A DNA stretch of 63,988 nucleotides, counting the filler, from Jimgerdemannia flammicorona (lineage: Eukaryota): NCBI GenBank assembly GCA_003990765.1. It is 3 parts of 3 records of this genome, joined end to end, with 100 filler letters (N's around TTAATTAATTAA, not from the genome) between each part and the next. Parts side by side here need not be neighbours in the genome. Positions count along the whole stretch, not along the records: positions 1 to 21,267 come from RBNJ01001490.1; 2 more parts are not named here. One strand, written 5' to 3'. Positions 1 through 12,281 of the stretch are shown here, one piece after another. Position 1 is the stretch's first letter. Each line of letters begins with the position of its first letter. The translations under genes and the position numbers were made by a program. A model generated the notes under the pieces. That model was not told the origin of the DNA and searched no databases. It was given only the letters and a program-made list of their open reading frames with translations.

Positions 1-17
1 AAAAAAAAAAAAAAAAG

Positions 18-44
<27 letters not shown>

Positions 45-48
<4 letters not shown>

Positions 49-216
49 AGAAAAGACTAGAGAAAAGATATAAAAATATACTATAACTAAGATATAACTA
101 AGAAATTATTACATTTCTCTCTCCTTAAGAATTAATATTCTTATTAAATTCTTAGATTATATAAGAATAGTTATACTTAACCAAAATTTCTCAAACTTAT
201 ATAAGTAGTACTATAA
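45..216 (-). mobile_element. Fragment of a family-B-like Gypsy element (3' internal end, PPT and start of 3' LTR)
   Basis: Reverse complement resembles 41470-41640 (aagtttgagaaattttggttaa...cttaagaagggaga-tgtaacaatttc...tagtcttttcttat); interrupted by family A at 217. Confidence 0.65.
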
Positions 217-1709
217 TGTAAGCATATAATCTCCAAGCTACCAAAATCATATGTTATCCTTAGAACTAATTTAGAAACCATATGCAAGACTACAAAATGA
301 GTTACTTAAGAGATCATCTGGTTACACAAAATATGCCAGCAAGCATGAGAACCTACTGCCAAGATACAAGAATATCAAAAGAAGTACTATAACTATAAGA
401 CTGACTCTGAACCTCTACAACTAGTTTGGTATACTGTATTATTACAAAAGAAAACCAAAGTACCAAACTCAAACCAAGATGAGAAGAACTCTATCTCATC
501 CATCAAGAGTTTACAAACTATACTTATCAACTCAAGACCAAGATACATTGCAACTATACAAAGACCTCATTACTTAGCAGAAGTAAAATATATTTGAACA
601 ACTCTATTCACTCTATCTATATCACCTCTGTTAGAGAATGATGGATGCTTCATCTGAACTTAAGAAAGCTGACATTGTTGAAACTAATCTCAAACCTATC
701 TACATAACAGATATTACTACTAGAAATTATCTCAGATTATAGAAAATATCATTTTCAAGAGGTTTGAATCCCCAGCTGTAATATTGGGAGCCCTTATCCT
801 AGACAAGGATGACCAGTCCTCACAAATATACCAGTAGTAAAAAAAAAAAAGAGAACTAAGACCTATTATCCTTATACAACTACCACCACCAAGGACAGCC
901 TTAATTTTACAAGAGATAGAAATAATGATACCTTTGAAACTAATGATATTAAAAGTCAGAAAGCTGCCCAGACTTTGCTAGAGATAATGTCATTGATAGT
1001 GATGTCATTGAAGACTACCCAGATAGTATCTAAATCTATAGATAGCTTAGCAGTTATAGTATAGTTAGATTAGCCTTATATAATATGACTGTGAACTGAC
1101 TCAGCAGTCAGACAATCTCTTGATATATCAGATTACACTTATACTATATGACTGTATTCCAACTCAGTAAGGTACTAAGTACTATATCCATATTTAGTAT
1201 AGTCCAGATAGCTCCTCACTAGTATAAATACTCTCTCCCCCAGACCTTAGAATCTCAGACTTGAATATACAAGAACATTCCTGAATACTTCCTCACAATA
1301 TCTCTTTACATAATTACTCCTAGTATAGCAATATTATAAATAGTGAATAAATCTATTTAATAGCTCACAAATTACTCTTAAGTAAATCTGCTCCACATTA
1401 GGTCTTACTTCTAACTTCATCATGAAATTTCCTAATTAGATATTGTCTGCAGCAATATGCCAATTCAACTAAGCTAGTCTTAGGTTTTTGAACTTCCTGA
1501 AATATAGAAAATCCCAAATATCCAGAACTAGTTCAAAAAAGAACTTTGATTGAGATATCAACTTAATCTTAAAATTAATAAACATAGAGAATATACTCCA
1601 TACAAAATTGATCTTGACCTTAAGAAAACAGTCTTTCAGAATATCTAAAACTTCCAGAAAACCCTTCCAAAACTATGTAATGGTTACTCTAACAAATAAC
1701 TCTCTTATA
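217..1709 (+). repeat. Family A 5' LTR (about 1.5 kb)
   Basis: tgtaag...ctcttata (CA end mutated to TA); collinear with 31864-33346, 36736-38219 and the reverse complement of 53848-55351. Confidence 0.9.
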
Positions 1710-3219
1710 ACTTGGTAGCAGTGGTTTACAATCTAATTCTGCTTCAAGATACTTCCTCACCTCACTATAAACCCCTCTGGGAATTCCTACAAGTTAGTAT
1801 AAAGTCCAATCTCTGAACTGGAATTTATCCTGAACTATCTAACAATCTGAAGAGAATTAAACCTGACATATAAGGACAATTTGACCTCCACACCTGTAAC
1901 AAGTGGGACAGACTTCATTCAAAAAAGAAGTACTCTAATTAAACCAGCAGATAGGTGAAACCCTATTCACTGAACTCCTTACTCTATACCCTATAAGTCA
2001 AGATGAAGAAGGTCTTATAGAAACCTTCTTTACTCTTCTCAACAAGAGTTTTGTTAGCTCTACAAATTCAAGTGATCTAGAACAACCAGCAGCAGTCTTT
2101 CTAGCCTTAGTTTCTCATGAAGCTTAAGCCTCTATAGCCAAGTGGCTCAACTCTACTGATTTTCACCATACCAGGACCAAGACTGTCTTATACTACTGCT
2201 TTCAGAATTGCAAGGCCTGCTATATTCTTAAGAAAGAAGCAAGAGAAACTCTCTGTCAACAACCTGACACCAAACCAGAAGCAGGCTCAGCTACAGTTCT
2301 ATCTGACCCTGAAATCAGTACTGAACCAGAACTTGACTTTAAATTAAGTCCATTCAAAATCAGATATACAACTGATTCTATCTACTTTGATACTAAGTAA
2401 ACCCAGCTACACAAGGACCAAGCTGAAGAAGAGAAAGAGTATCTCAGTGAATTCAATCCCAGATACATTACTGAAGAAGACATACCTTCATCAGGACAGA
2501 ACATACCTATATAGCAACATACAGCTATCTATCAAGCCCTCACTCCAGACCTATAATTAATACTCTAGCAACTTATATAGACTTAAAAAACCCCATTACA
2601 CTCTGCACTAGTACCTCAAGTAGTATCAGTAATACCACTACTAGTAGTCTAACTACCTCTAGCAAACAATATAGCAAACCAACAGATTCTAGATCTTATA
2701 GTCCAGATAGCCATAATGGTAGCAACCATTACTGCCTTAGCCAAACAGATCTGACCAACCAAAAATCTTAGCCTACCTATCTTCAATAGTACTGTATAAG
2801 AAGTTCAAAGCTTTATTAGTGTAGTTGATACCAACTTTGAAGCCAATCAATAGACCAATGAGTGAGTAGCTAATTGCTTTCTGACAAAAAATCAAGACTA
2901 TACTCTGGAATAACTCTTTGCTACTACTACAACCTATATCCATTGAGTTGTTATATTCTTCTAAGGACCTGCTGAAGGATGGTAGCAAACTCTTTCTGAA
3001 AAACCCCTTATATGGGACACCCAACTTACAGTTGTTACCCAAAATACAGCAAACAATATTCCAGAATATGGAGCCTACTCTGCAGCACCTAGACTCAAAC
3101 AACTCATGATTGCTCAATACTATAGTAAAATTATAATTGCTGAATCTTAAGTTAAACTCTACAATCTCAAATTTGATATATATAACAAGTAGTGCTCCAA
3201 ATGAGTCAATTTGAATCAA

Positions 3220-3530
3220 ATCCGAATTCAATTCATCACATGACAGTTTGATCTGAATCTCAAATCCAAAGCTATCTGAATCAACTTGGATTAATCTGAA
3301 TCACCCCATCTGAATTGCCCCATCCAAATTACCCATCTGAACCACCCCAATCTGAATCACTCAATCTGAATCACTCAATCTGAATCACTCAATCCAAATC
3401 ACTCAATCTGAATCCTCCAATTTGAATCCTCTAATTCGAATCCTCTAATTCGAATCCTCCAATTCGAATCCTTCAATCTGAATCTTCATCTGAATCCTTC
3501 AACCAAATCCTCTAATCCAAATCCTCCACA
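3220..3530. repeat. hAT left subterminal short tandem repeats (aatctgaatc/attcgaatcc units)
   Basis: Many direct copies of a 10-14 bp unit just inside the TIR. Confidence 0.85.
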
Positions 3531-3639
3531 TGACTCATATACTGGATGTGTCTACAACACAATACACATATATACATATATAATATATATATATGCATAC
3601 ACATGTACATATAAACATGCAAACACACATATTGACAGA

Positions 3640-6220
3640 TCAGTCTTCAACAGTTCACAGTACCAATAATGCTTCAAGTCAAACATCCCTGATAGTTCCA
3701 CACCTTCTATACAATCCTCACTCCAAAATCTGGCAATATTGTGCTAAGATAGGAGATGATGTTGTTTGTAATTATTGCAGATAAAAAATTAAGATGCACC
3801 TATTGACACTTTTTGATTATTTTGACTCATACATAATATTGTTTCATCTACTCCCATAAACTGCACCAGCCAGAAGTTCAAAATGCTTGGAGGTATAACT
3901 TTGAACATGAATTGACACATAAAAGACAAGCACTCTGACAAAATCAAAAAGAACATGGAGACAAATAAAATCAACATCCAAGCCATAGTGGGTATATTTA
4001 TCTGATTGCCTGACTATTTCTGTACCAACAATGCCATTTAATCAAAAATATTTAGCCATACTCTTCAGCAGAATTTCAAAATTGGCTCATTCACTGGATT
4101 GTGTACACAGACCAACCATTCACAACCATTGAGAGTGATCAATTGCATAGTATCTTTGGTCTCCTCAAGTATGATTTATATTTGCCAAGTGCCAATACTA
4201 TTTGCAAAGATGTCCTGGAGGTCTATAGGAAGGAGTACAACAATCTCTGCCAGATACTTCAGGTAAAATAAGGGCAGCACCATGACCTTTGCAAGCTGAA
4301 TTATATAAAAGAGCTCACCAATTTAACCTCACATTCAATAAGCAAAATTTGGCAGGCAAAATTTCATTTATGATTGACACATGGATATCTCCCAATGCAA
4401 TTTCATTTCTGGGCATTACCAGTTATTGGATTGACCTCAATTGGTAGCTTAAATCTCTTACCCTTGACTTTGTCAAACTTGCTGGCCCTCATTTTAGAGA
4501 CAACATCACAGATACTTTTATTAGTTATATCTGAGAGCTTGGGATCACAACTAAGATAAAAAAGGAGGGCTTGCCATCAGGTTGGTATTTTGAGAGAGAT
4601 CCTAAAACAAATCAGATTTTATTAGTTATTTATTTTCACATAAATTCGTCAACTGAATATTTCAAGTACAGATTTTGGCCATTATGATGGACAATGTTAC
4701 AAATAACTCAACATTTTTCAAAGTTTTAGTAGCTAGCCTCAAATAGGAAAATGTGGCCTTCAGTACAGAAAGCTACTGTATATGATGTCAAGTCCATATA
4801 CTGAATCTCGCTGTTCAGGACTATCTTATATACATAGATAAAACATCTGAGAGAGGAGGGGCCCTGAGTATAATTTCCAAGCTGTACAACCTGGTTATAT
4901 CAGTCTGATCATCCTCACAACAACAAGACAAATTTGCTGTACAGTGTAGGGCAATCAGTTTAGTCCTGAAAGAGCTTATATTGGATGTCTGTATATATTG
5001 GAACTCAATATTTACAATCATCCAGCACATGCTGGAGTTTGCTATAGTATATATCCTTTTTTTCTTCGGTCAGCTGAAGCAACTTGTTTCAGATGATTTA
5101 TTTTAAAAAAAAAATAAAAAAAGCCAATAGATTCAACAGTAGCTGTCAACAAGGAAATATGGACCAAGGCTCTAGGTGAAAGCAAGTGGGACATACTTAG
5201 GAATATTGTCAGAGTTTGGAAAGTAAGTGGTGATTGCTCTGGCTCCACACTCATTTTGTCAGCCTTCATACTCATTTTGTCTGCCTCTGTACAATGCAAT
5301 ACCTTACTACATATAACTGCCAGTGTTTCGATGATTGTACAAAAGATATAGTCAAACAAATGACCTCAACAATAAGCTCAGAAATACTAGTATATGTACA
5401 ACCTTCTGATTGACTGACTAGAGGACAAGCTCAAGGACAGGCTAGAGGATTGCAGTGATTTATAATTGAGCCCAGATCAGAGAGATGCTGTAGAGGTTGC
5501 TCTTAGTAAGCTCAGAAAATACTACTCCCAAACAGATACCACTATATACTCAATCACTACAGGTATGTCAATGTCAGCATATGGCTATTGCCTCTTCCAA
5601 AATAGAGAAACCCCTGCAAAAGCTCACTCTTTTCTCTTCTTTGAACAGTACTGGACCCACACTTAAAGCTACAATACTATAAAGATCAGGGCTGGGAGCA
5701 GCACTTCATTGAGAGAACCAAGCAGGCCATAATTGAAGTATACTGGAAAAACTACATACTGCTACAAGGTTCTGGCTGAAGTCTGGATGAATATGCTGAG
5801 GAATCTCTCCTATCCCACATTTACTTCAGCAGAAAGAGGAAGAGGGAGCTGTTATTGGAAGAGCTGCCATCAATAGATGAACTTACCATTTATGTTACCA
5901 GCAACTGCATGATCCTGCTAGAGGGCATGGAGGTGCTCAACTGGTGGAAGGTGGGTTGTTAGGTGGGCATTGTCAGGTAGACATTGGGTCAATTTAACCC
6001 ACCAATCTAACCACCACTCTACCCACTGGGGTATGCAGCTGTGTCAAACAGACTTCCTTAGCCTGTATAGTATGGCTCAGAACTATCTGACAATTTCTGT
6101 CTCTAGCACTCCCATCAAGTGAGTATTCTCAGATGGAGAAGACCTCATTGCCCTAAAGAGGTGTGTGCTGAACACTGAGACAATCTGGATATGTATGTGT
6201 CTGAAGTCTTGGTGGGGCTC
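3640..6220 (+). pseudogene. hAT transposase pseudogene with BED finger and hATC dimerisation domain, intron-containing
   Basis: SKIWQY..VVCNYC (~3720-3780), IDTWISPN (~4375), MDNVTN (~4688), HILNL (~4795), YWNS (~4996), LNWWK (~5936), PSK*VFS (~6110); GT..AG gaps; many stops; boundaries approximate. Confidence 0.88.
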
Positions 6221-6394
6221 AGGCTGCTAAAATTCGGTGAGTCCTGGGAGTTTGCAGATAAGTTGGTTGACCTTGTGGAATATTTAATACCTTTTCAAAA
6301 ATAATAAAAAAGGTAAAAAACCCTGAGGACTCAGCCTGGAGTTTGCAGTCCAAGTGAGCAGCAGTCAGTGGGATTAGTGGCAGTAGTGGAGGGA

Positions 6395-7025
6395 GTGTGC
6401 AGTGTTTGCAGTTCTCTGTTAGCAGCAAGGGACAGCCTTAAGCTGTCAGTGCCTAGGTCAGTGGGTGGGTCAGTGGAGGGAGCATGCAAAATTTGTAGCC
6501 CTCTGCCAGTAGTGAGAGGCAGCCCCAAGCCACAAGTGTCCCAGTTAGGGGGGTTGGTGGAGGGAGTGTACAAAACTTGCAGCCCTCCACCAGCAGTGAG
6601 GGGCAGCCCCGAGCTGTCAGCACCTGGGTCAGTGGATGGAGTTGGTCAGCAGGGTTGGTGGGCACAGAGTTGGCAGAGAGAGCATACAAAATTTGCAGTC
6701 CTCTGCTGACAGTAAGAGGCAGCCCTGAGCCACAAGTGTCTGGGATGGGTGGGGCAGGTGGAGAGAGTGTGCAAAATTTGCAGCCCTCTACCAGCAGTGA
6801 GGGGCAGCCCTAAGCTGTCAGTGCCTGAGTCAGTAGACAGGGTTGGTTGGTGGGATTAGTGGGTGCAGAGTCAGCAAGGGAGTGCACAAAATTTGCAGCC
6901 CTCTGCCAGTAGTAAGGGGAAGCCCTAAGCCACAAGTGTCCAGGACAGGTGGGGCAGGTGGAGGGAGTATGCAAAATTTGTGACCCTCTGCCAGTGGTGT
7001 AGAGGGCAGCCCCAAGCTGCTAAGG
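6395..7025. repeat. Tandem array inside hAT (units of about 85 and 115 bp) with TGCAAAATTTGCA core
   Basis: Core or variant at about 6400, 6486, 6570, 6685, 6771, 6886, 6971, each followed by gccctctgccagcagtgaggggcagccc-like sequence. Confidence 0.9.
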
Positions 7026-7347
7026 AGTCTGGGGTAGAGAGTGCTTCTGGTGGTCAGAGGGTGCTTCTGGTGGTTGGAGGGCATTTCTGATGATTGAAGT
7101 CCACTACAGATTTGGGTCCTGTCACCAGTTTAGGTCCCATGGGTGCTCTGGCCCTATGCTGCAGTGCCGCATCAGCAGCACTACAGAGCAGGGCCAAGAA
7201 ACTGGTAGGGCCCTACATAATAGCTAAGCTAGTGCTACAGAAGAGGCACCCGGCCCAACCCCCTACATAAGACTATCCAATCTATATAAAATGACTGCCT
7301 AACTCTCATGAAAGACTGCCTATCTCTTATGAAAGATTGCCTAACCC

Positions 7348-9385
7348 TCACAAAAACTGCTCCACCCACTGGTTCCAGGCCTTTATGAGCCTATCATCTA
7401 TTGTAAGTATGACAACTATTGTGTCTGAGCTCTCCTCAAAGATGATGGTGCTATGGTGGTTATGTGGTTGGAAGAGAACAGCTGTGTTGGCCACAAATGG
7501 GACCCTGAAACTATAGGTGAGATCATACCAGACTCTGCCACTATCTTCCCAGATTGGGTCCTTCCTTTTCGGGATATAAAACATTACTGGGATGATATTG
7601 TTGTCTGTGTGTATGGGCAGAGAAAGGTTGTACCCGACATATCCTAATGTAATATGAGTATATGGTTGGGTGAATCCTTGGCCCAGGACCTCATACTGCC
7701 AGGCTGTGCTGGTGGATATCTGTCCTTGGTCCAGCCCCAGGAGCCCCAGCTTGGAAACTTGCCAAAACAGATGACAACTGGTCAGTCCTTTTTGTGTGTG
7801 GGGGGGCAGAAACCCCCTGGGCCACAGAAATCCCCAGGCTGCAGCACCCTAAAAAAGTGGAGCTCTTTACCTCATATAGCATGCTAAATTGTGCTAAGAA
7901 TATACATACAGCCACACTGAGATTACCACCAAGCTGGCCTACTATATGCTCTACCAATCTGCTCAAAGAACCCCAGATCATAGCTGCCATTGCTGCACAG
8001 GCTGTATCATGCTCATGTGTAGTTTGCTCTTCAATAGCACTTCTAAAGTTCTAGTAGGGGTATAGAATCTTGTATATCTCTGGATTTGTATCAAAAAGAG
8101 TATATTGGTGAAGAGTGTGATTTATCTAGGGAAGAGTAAAAAAAAAGAGAGATAAGTATAGAGGATTTTGGAACTCCAGAACCCACCCTTTGCCAGTGTT
8201 GCAGTATATCCAATTCCCATCCAAATCCCCCCTCCTTGCTTTTTTCACTCTCTCTTTCCTGCCACCCAGTATTTGATGCAATCCTCATAAATCTTGTTAA
8301 TGTAGTGGTAAAGCTCATCACTGTAGAGGTTTCTTACCACCATCACAACCACCTCTCTGTATTCATTAATAAAGATATGGTTCTCTTTATCATTGGTTAC
8401 TCCTGCTGGCCAATAGACCCCTTGGTCAAGAATGATTAACTCTGATTCAAATGTAGACTCCCAAGCCTTGATGACAATGCTGGTACTACTCATGCTGAAC
8501 ATCTTGCCCTCAAACTTCTCTATTTGATCAAATGCCAGATATGGTTGAACTTGGGTAACTTTGAACTCTCTTTTTTAATGGAACTGAGCCCTGATCTGAG
8601 AGACTGAGATAAGTGTGCAGATGGGTTGCATGCAGATAGGTTGTATGTGGATGGATTGCATGTGGACAGGTTGCATGCAGACAGGTTGCATGTGGATGGG
8701 TTATATGTGAGCAGGTTGTGTGTAGGTGTGGGTGTTTTTTAGAGAGAGACCATGTAAAAAATGAAATTAAATAAAACACAGAGATGGGTATTTCAGAAAA
8801 AGAGCATGAGTGAGTGAGTGAGTGAGTAAGCTGCATACCAATGAGTTGCATACCAACGAGTTACATGAGTTGCACAAGATTGCTCATGAAGGCTTGCTTC
8901 TGTTCCTTTTAAGACCTCTGCCATGCAATACATTGACTCAACAACTCAGCCACCAAAGGCATGCCCCACAATGTCCTCCAACCTTTCTTCATCTTGACCA
9001 GATGTTGTGAATAAAGTCAGCAGATCTTGCTGTAGAGCTGTGGACCCTAAGAAGAGCATGAGATGAATCAGGTCATGCTGGGGGAATTTAAATAAGTAAA
9101 AAGTAGCAGCAGAAAAGAGCAACCTATATCTACTACCAGCTGCTCCAAAAAGGCTGCTGCATATATAGCTGTGAGATCTGTGAATTCCAAGATCTAAAGA
9201 GCTGCTATAAGTTGTTGCCAGAATTCACCCTCATCTTCACCATTGCCATTGCCATTGCCATTGCCACCACCATTGCCCCTTTGGCTCTTGATGAGCAACT
9301 TGTATACTGCCCATATGAGAAAGAATCTAACATTGTCAGCAGAGAGTACATTTCTACCTTGAATACTCTCTCTTTTGATGATTAT
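7348..9385 (-). pseudogene. hAT cargo gene, putative 2OG-Fe(II) dioxygenase (TET/JBP-like), five exons, decayed copy
   Basis: Last exon 7848-7348 is open: GYVGYNLSLPIHTDNNIIPVMFY...GRVWYDL...AVLFQPHNHHSTII; phase-0 intron 7909-7849 joins exon 8079-7910; start codon mutated to ATA at 9385; in-frame stops upstream; collinear with 62636-63988. Confidence 0.7.
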
Positions 9386-9577
9386 TGCAGAGTAAAAAAT
9401 GAGTAGACTAGACTAACATATGAATTAAGGGCTGCTGTTTTGTTTGCTTGTGATGTAGCAGGAAAGAATAAAGAAAAAGAACAAAGAAAAGAGAGAGAAC
9501 AAAGGAAAGAGTGATGTCACCAAAGTGTGGTAGAGCGAAATGAACAAAAGAAAGGGTAATATGTATCACCAAAGATT

Positions 9578-9700
9578 TCAATCCAGATAGATCATCCAGA
9601 TGGATCATCCAGATGGATCATCCAGATGGATCATCCAGATGGATCATCTAGATGGATCAATCCAGATGGATCATCCAGATAGATCAATCTAGATCAGATC
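9578..9700. repeat. hAT right subterminal 13-bp repeats (atccagatggatc)n
   Basis: Direct tandem copies; counterpart atccggattgacc-type units at 62275-62430. Confidence 0.9.
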
Positions 9701-9797
9701 ACAAGACTAATCTGAGTTAATTCAAATCCATCACATGATGAACCTAAATTGAATCTCATCTGGATCAACTCCATTCATTTGGAGCACTAATGACAAG

Positions 9798-11700
9798 GAG
9801 GAATTCAAAACCTTCTATACAAAACTTAAGTCACTTCTGAATACTGTTGGTCTAGAATATATTGCCAATGATGAAGTATGAAATAGTACAAGAGTAGACC
9901 ATTTATTTGATATACTACCTGAATGATTTATAAGGAAAATCCAAGAATAAGAATACTCAGTTAGTTGTGACCACTAACAATAGTGCCTGACAAAAATCAA
10001 GACTATGGTCAAGTGAATCCTAACAGTGGACCAATTCTGCCCTAAAGATGATTTAATAATAAGAAAAAAACTTGGACCAAGAAAGAAGAACTCAAGTATA
10101 AAACACCCCAAGCTCTCTTCACATCCACTTCTTAGATACCTTGAAATCATAAACCTACCTAGCTAAGTACCTTCAAGAAACTCACTAAAGGAGAAAGAAA
10201 TGAACTTCAAAGAAGTAGAGTATACTTCTATTACCAAAAGACAGGATACATGACCAGTGCCTACCCCAACCAAAAACCCCAAACAGCAATATGAGCAACT
10301 GTTACTACTCTACACTACCTCAACAATCTGACCACTAAGACATTGGACTTTGTCAAGTTAAGGCCAACTATTAAGGCCCTAACTAAAGGAAGTCAAAAAG
10401 CAGCTGGTTATGATCTATATATAGCTGAAGAAGCTACAGTCTCTAACTGAGAAGTCAAGCAAGTCTATACAGGAATTAGTATCCAAATCCCTGAAGGACA
10501 TATTGGAAGAATATGCTGTCATCACAGCCTAGCACTGAAAGGACTCTCAGTAGAAGGAGGAGTCATTGATAAAAATTATACAGGTGAAATCATTGTTCTT
10601 ATCCAAAACCATTATTAGATATTCTTCAAGATCCCCATTGGTTTCTGTATTGCTCAGATCCTATTCAAGAAAATCAAATCAGCCCTGATAGTTAAAGAAG
10701 TCTCTAAACTACTGCCCACTATCTAAGGATCCAAAGGATTTGGCTCATCAAACAAGACCTCAGCTCAATCTATTATAAATAAAAAAGAACAATTCTATAA
10801 GAAAATCAAAGATGGATATGTACCAAGTGGCTGATGTCCCCATGGTATTGGAATGTACTCTTCCTGAATAATTGACAATTGCTTCTCTTATATTAATGAA
10901 CTGGCTCAGAGAAGAACCAACAGAAGGAAAGCTCCTATAACTGAAATTATCACTATTAGATCAGACAAACTGCTTACACTTTAAGCCTTTATCAACTGAG
11001 CACCTGTTAAGATTATGATAGACAGTAGTATCTCAGGCAACTTCATCAATAAAGAAACAGTCAACAGACTCAAGGTCCTGACATCTCTGGTACAACAAAC
11101 TCAAGCAGTTGCTATAGCTGATGGAATCTCACATGTCATTAGTAAGGAAGTCTACAATCTACCTTTCTGAATTGGTAGCTACTGAATATATGTATGTTAT
11201 CCTCCAGATTGTACAACTTCCTAATATTGAAATCATCCTTGGGACCCTATGGTTAAAATAAGAGAATCTCATAATCAATTGGGTAAACCATTTCCTGACC
11301 ATCAAGAAAGGATGCCACAATTTCAAACTATAAAGCAAAAAGAACCCACTCAGTTCTAGTGACCCTGGACCAAAGATCACTCACATCAACAAACTACAAC
11401 TTAAAAAATTGGCCAAGAAATGCCCTCTCTTTGCCATCTCTATCTACTCATCCAAAGAAGAACTCAAGAACTCTAAAGAAGACTTTTTTAAAGTTGACAG
11501 CCATATTAGACCCTTACCCCAAAAAGTTCAAGACATATTTCTAAACCAAACTACAAAACTACCTATACCTGTTATTATTAATGATCAAGAAGAATATAAA
11601 GTTAAACAAATCCTCAACAAATATAGCCACAAGAACCATCCAAATGGTATAACAACACTAGATCAAATTAGAAGGCCTTAATGAGAATATCAAAAGCTAA
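9798..11700 (+). pseudogene. gag-pol: Family A gag C-terminus, dUTPase, protease and partial chromodomain
   Basis: AAGYDLY (~10400), EGGVID (~10552), KGFGSS (~10733), DS(G) protease site (~11020), EEYKVKQIL (~11590). Confidence 0.85.
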
Positions 11701-12281
11701 GAAGGGAAGAGTTGTAAGCACATAACCTCTAAGCTAACAAAATTGCATATCATCCTCAGAACTAATTTAGAAATCACATATGAGACTATAAAACAAGTTA
11801 CTGAAGAGATCACCTGGTTACACAAAATATACCAATAAGTATGAGAACCTACTGCTAAGATATAAGAATATCAGAAGAAATACTATAACTATAAGACTGA
11901 CTCTGAACCTCTACAACTAGTTTGGTGTACTGTACTATTATAAAAAGAAACTGAAGTACCAAACTCAAACCAAGATAAGAAGAACCCTATCTTATCCATT
12001 AAGAATTCATGAACTATACTTATCAACTTAAAACTAAGATATACTACAACTATACAAAGACCTCATTACTTAGCAGAAGCAAAATGTATTTAAACAACTC
12101 TGTTTGCTCTATCTGTATCACCTCTATTAGAGAATGACAGATACTTCATCTGAACTCAAGAAAGCTGACATTGTCAAAACCATTCTCAAGCCTATCTATA
12201 TAATAGATATTACTACTAAAAATTACCTCAGTTTATAGAAAATATTATTTCTGAGAGGTTTGAACCCAGGCTAAGATATTC

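Larger units (their letters stand above)
3190..9789 (+). mobile_element. hAT DNA transposon (6.6 kb), copy 1, decayed; transposase plus cargo gene
   Basis: 15-bp TIRs tagtgctccaaatga / tcatttggagcacta; 8-bp TSD ataacaag (3182-3189) / atgacaag (9790-9797); empty site atggcaag at 34819-34826; subterminal repeat arrays at both ends. Confidence 0.95.
217..12268 (+). mobile_element. Gypsy family A copy 1, internally deleted (non-autonomous); hAT nested at 3190-9789; 3' LTR truncated
   Basis: 5' LTR 217-1709, PBS tggtagcagtgg 1713-1724, gag/dUTPase/protease remnants collinear with 33347-36735, PPT near 11699-11711, 3' LTR starts 11713 and breaks off near 12268. Confidence 0.9.

Noticed and set aside
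1..46. Poly(A) as a retroposon tail
   Set aside because: At the window edge, running into an A-rich LTR strand; cannot be assigned
6395..7025. CRISPR-like array with palindromic repeats
   Set aside because: The spacers are themselves repeated, there are no cas genes, and the context is eukaryotic
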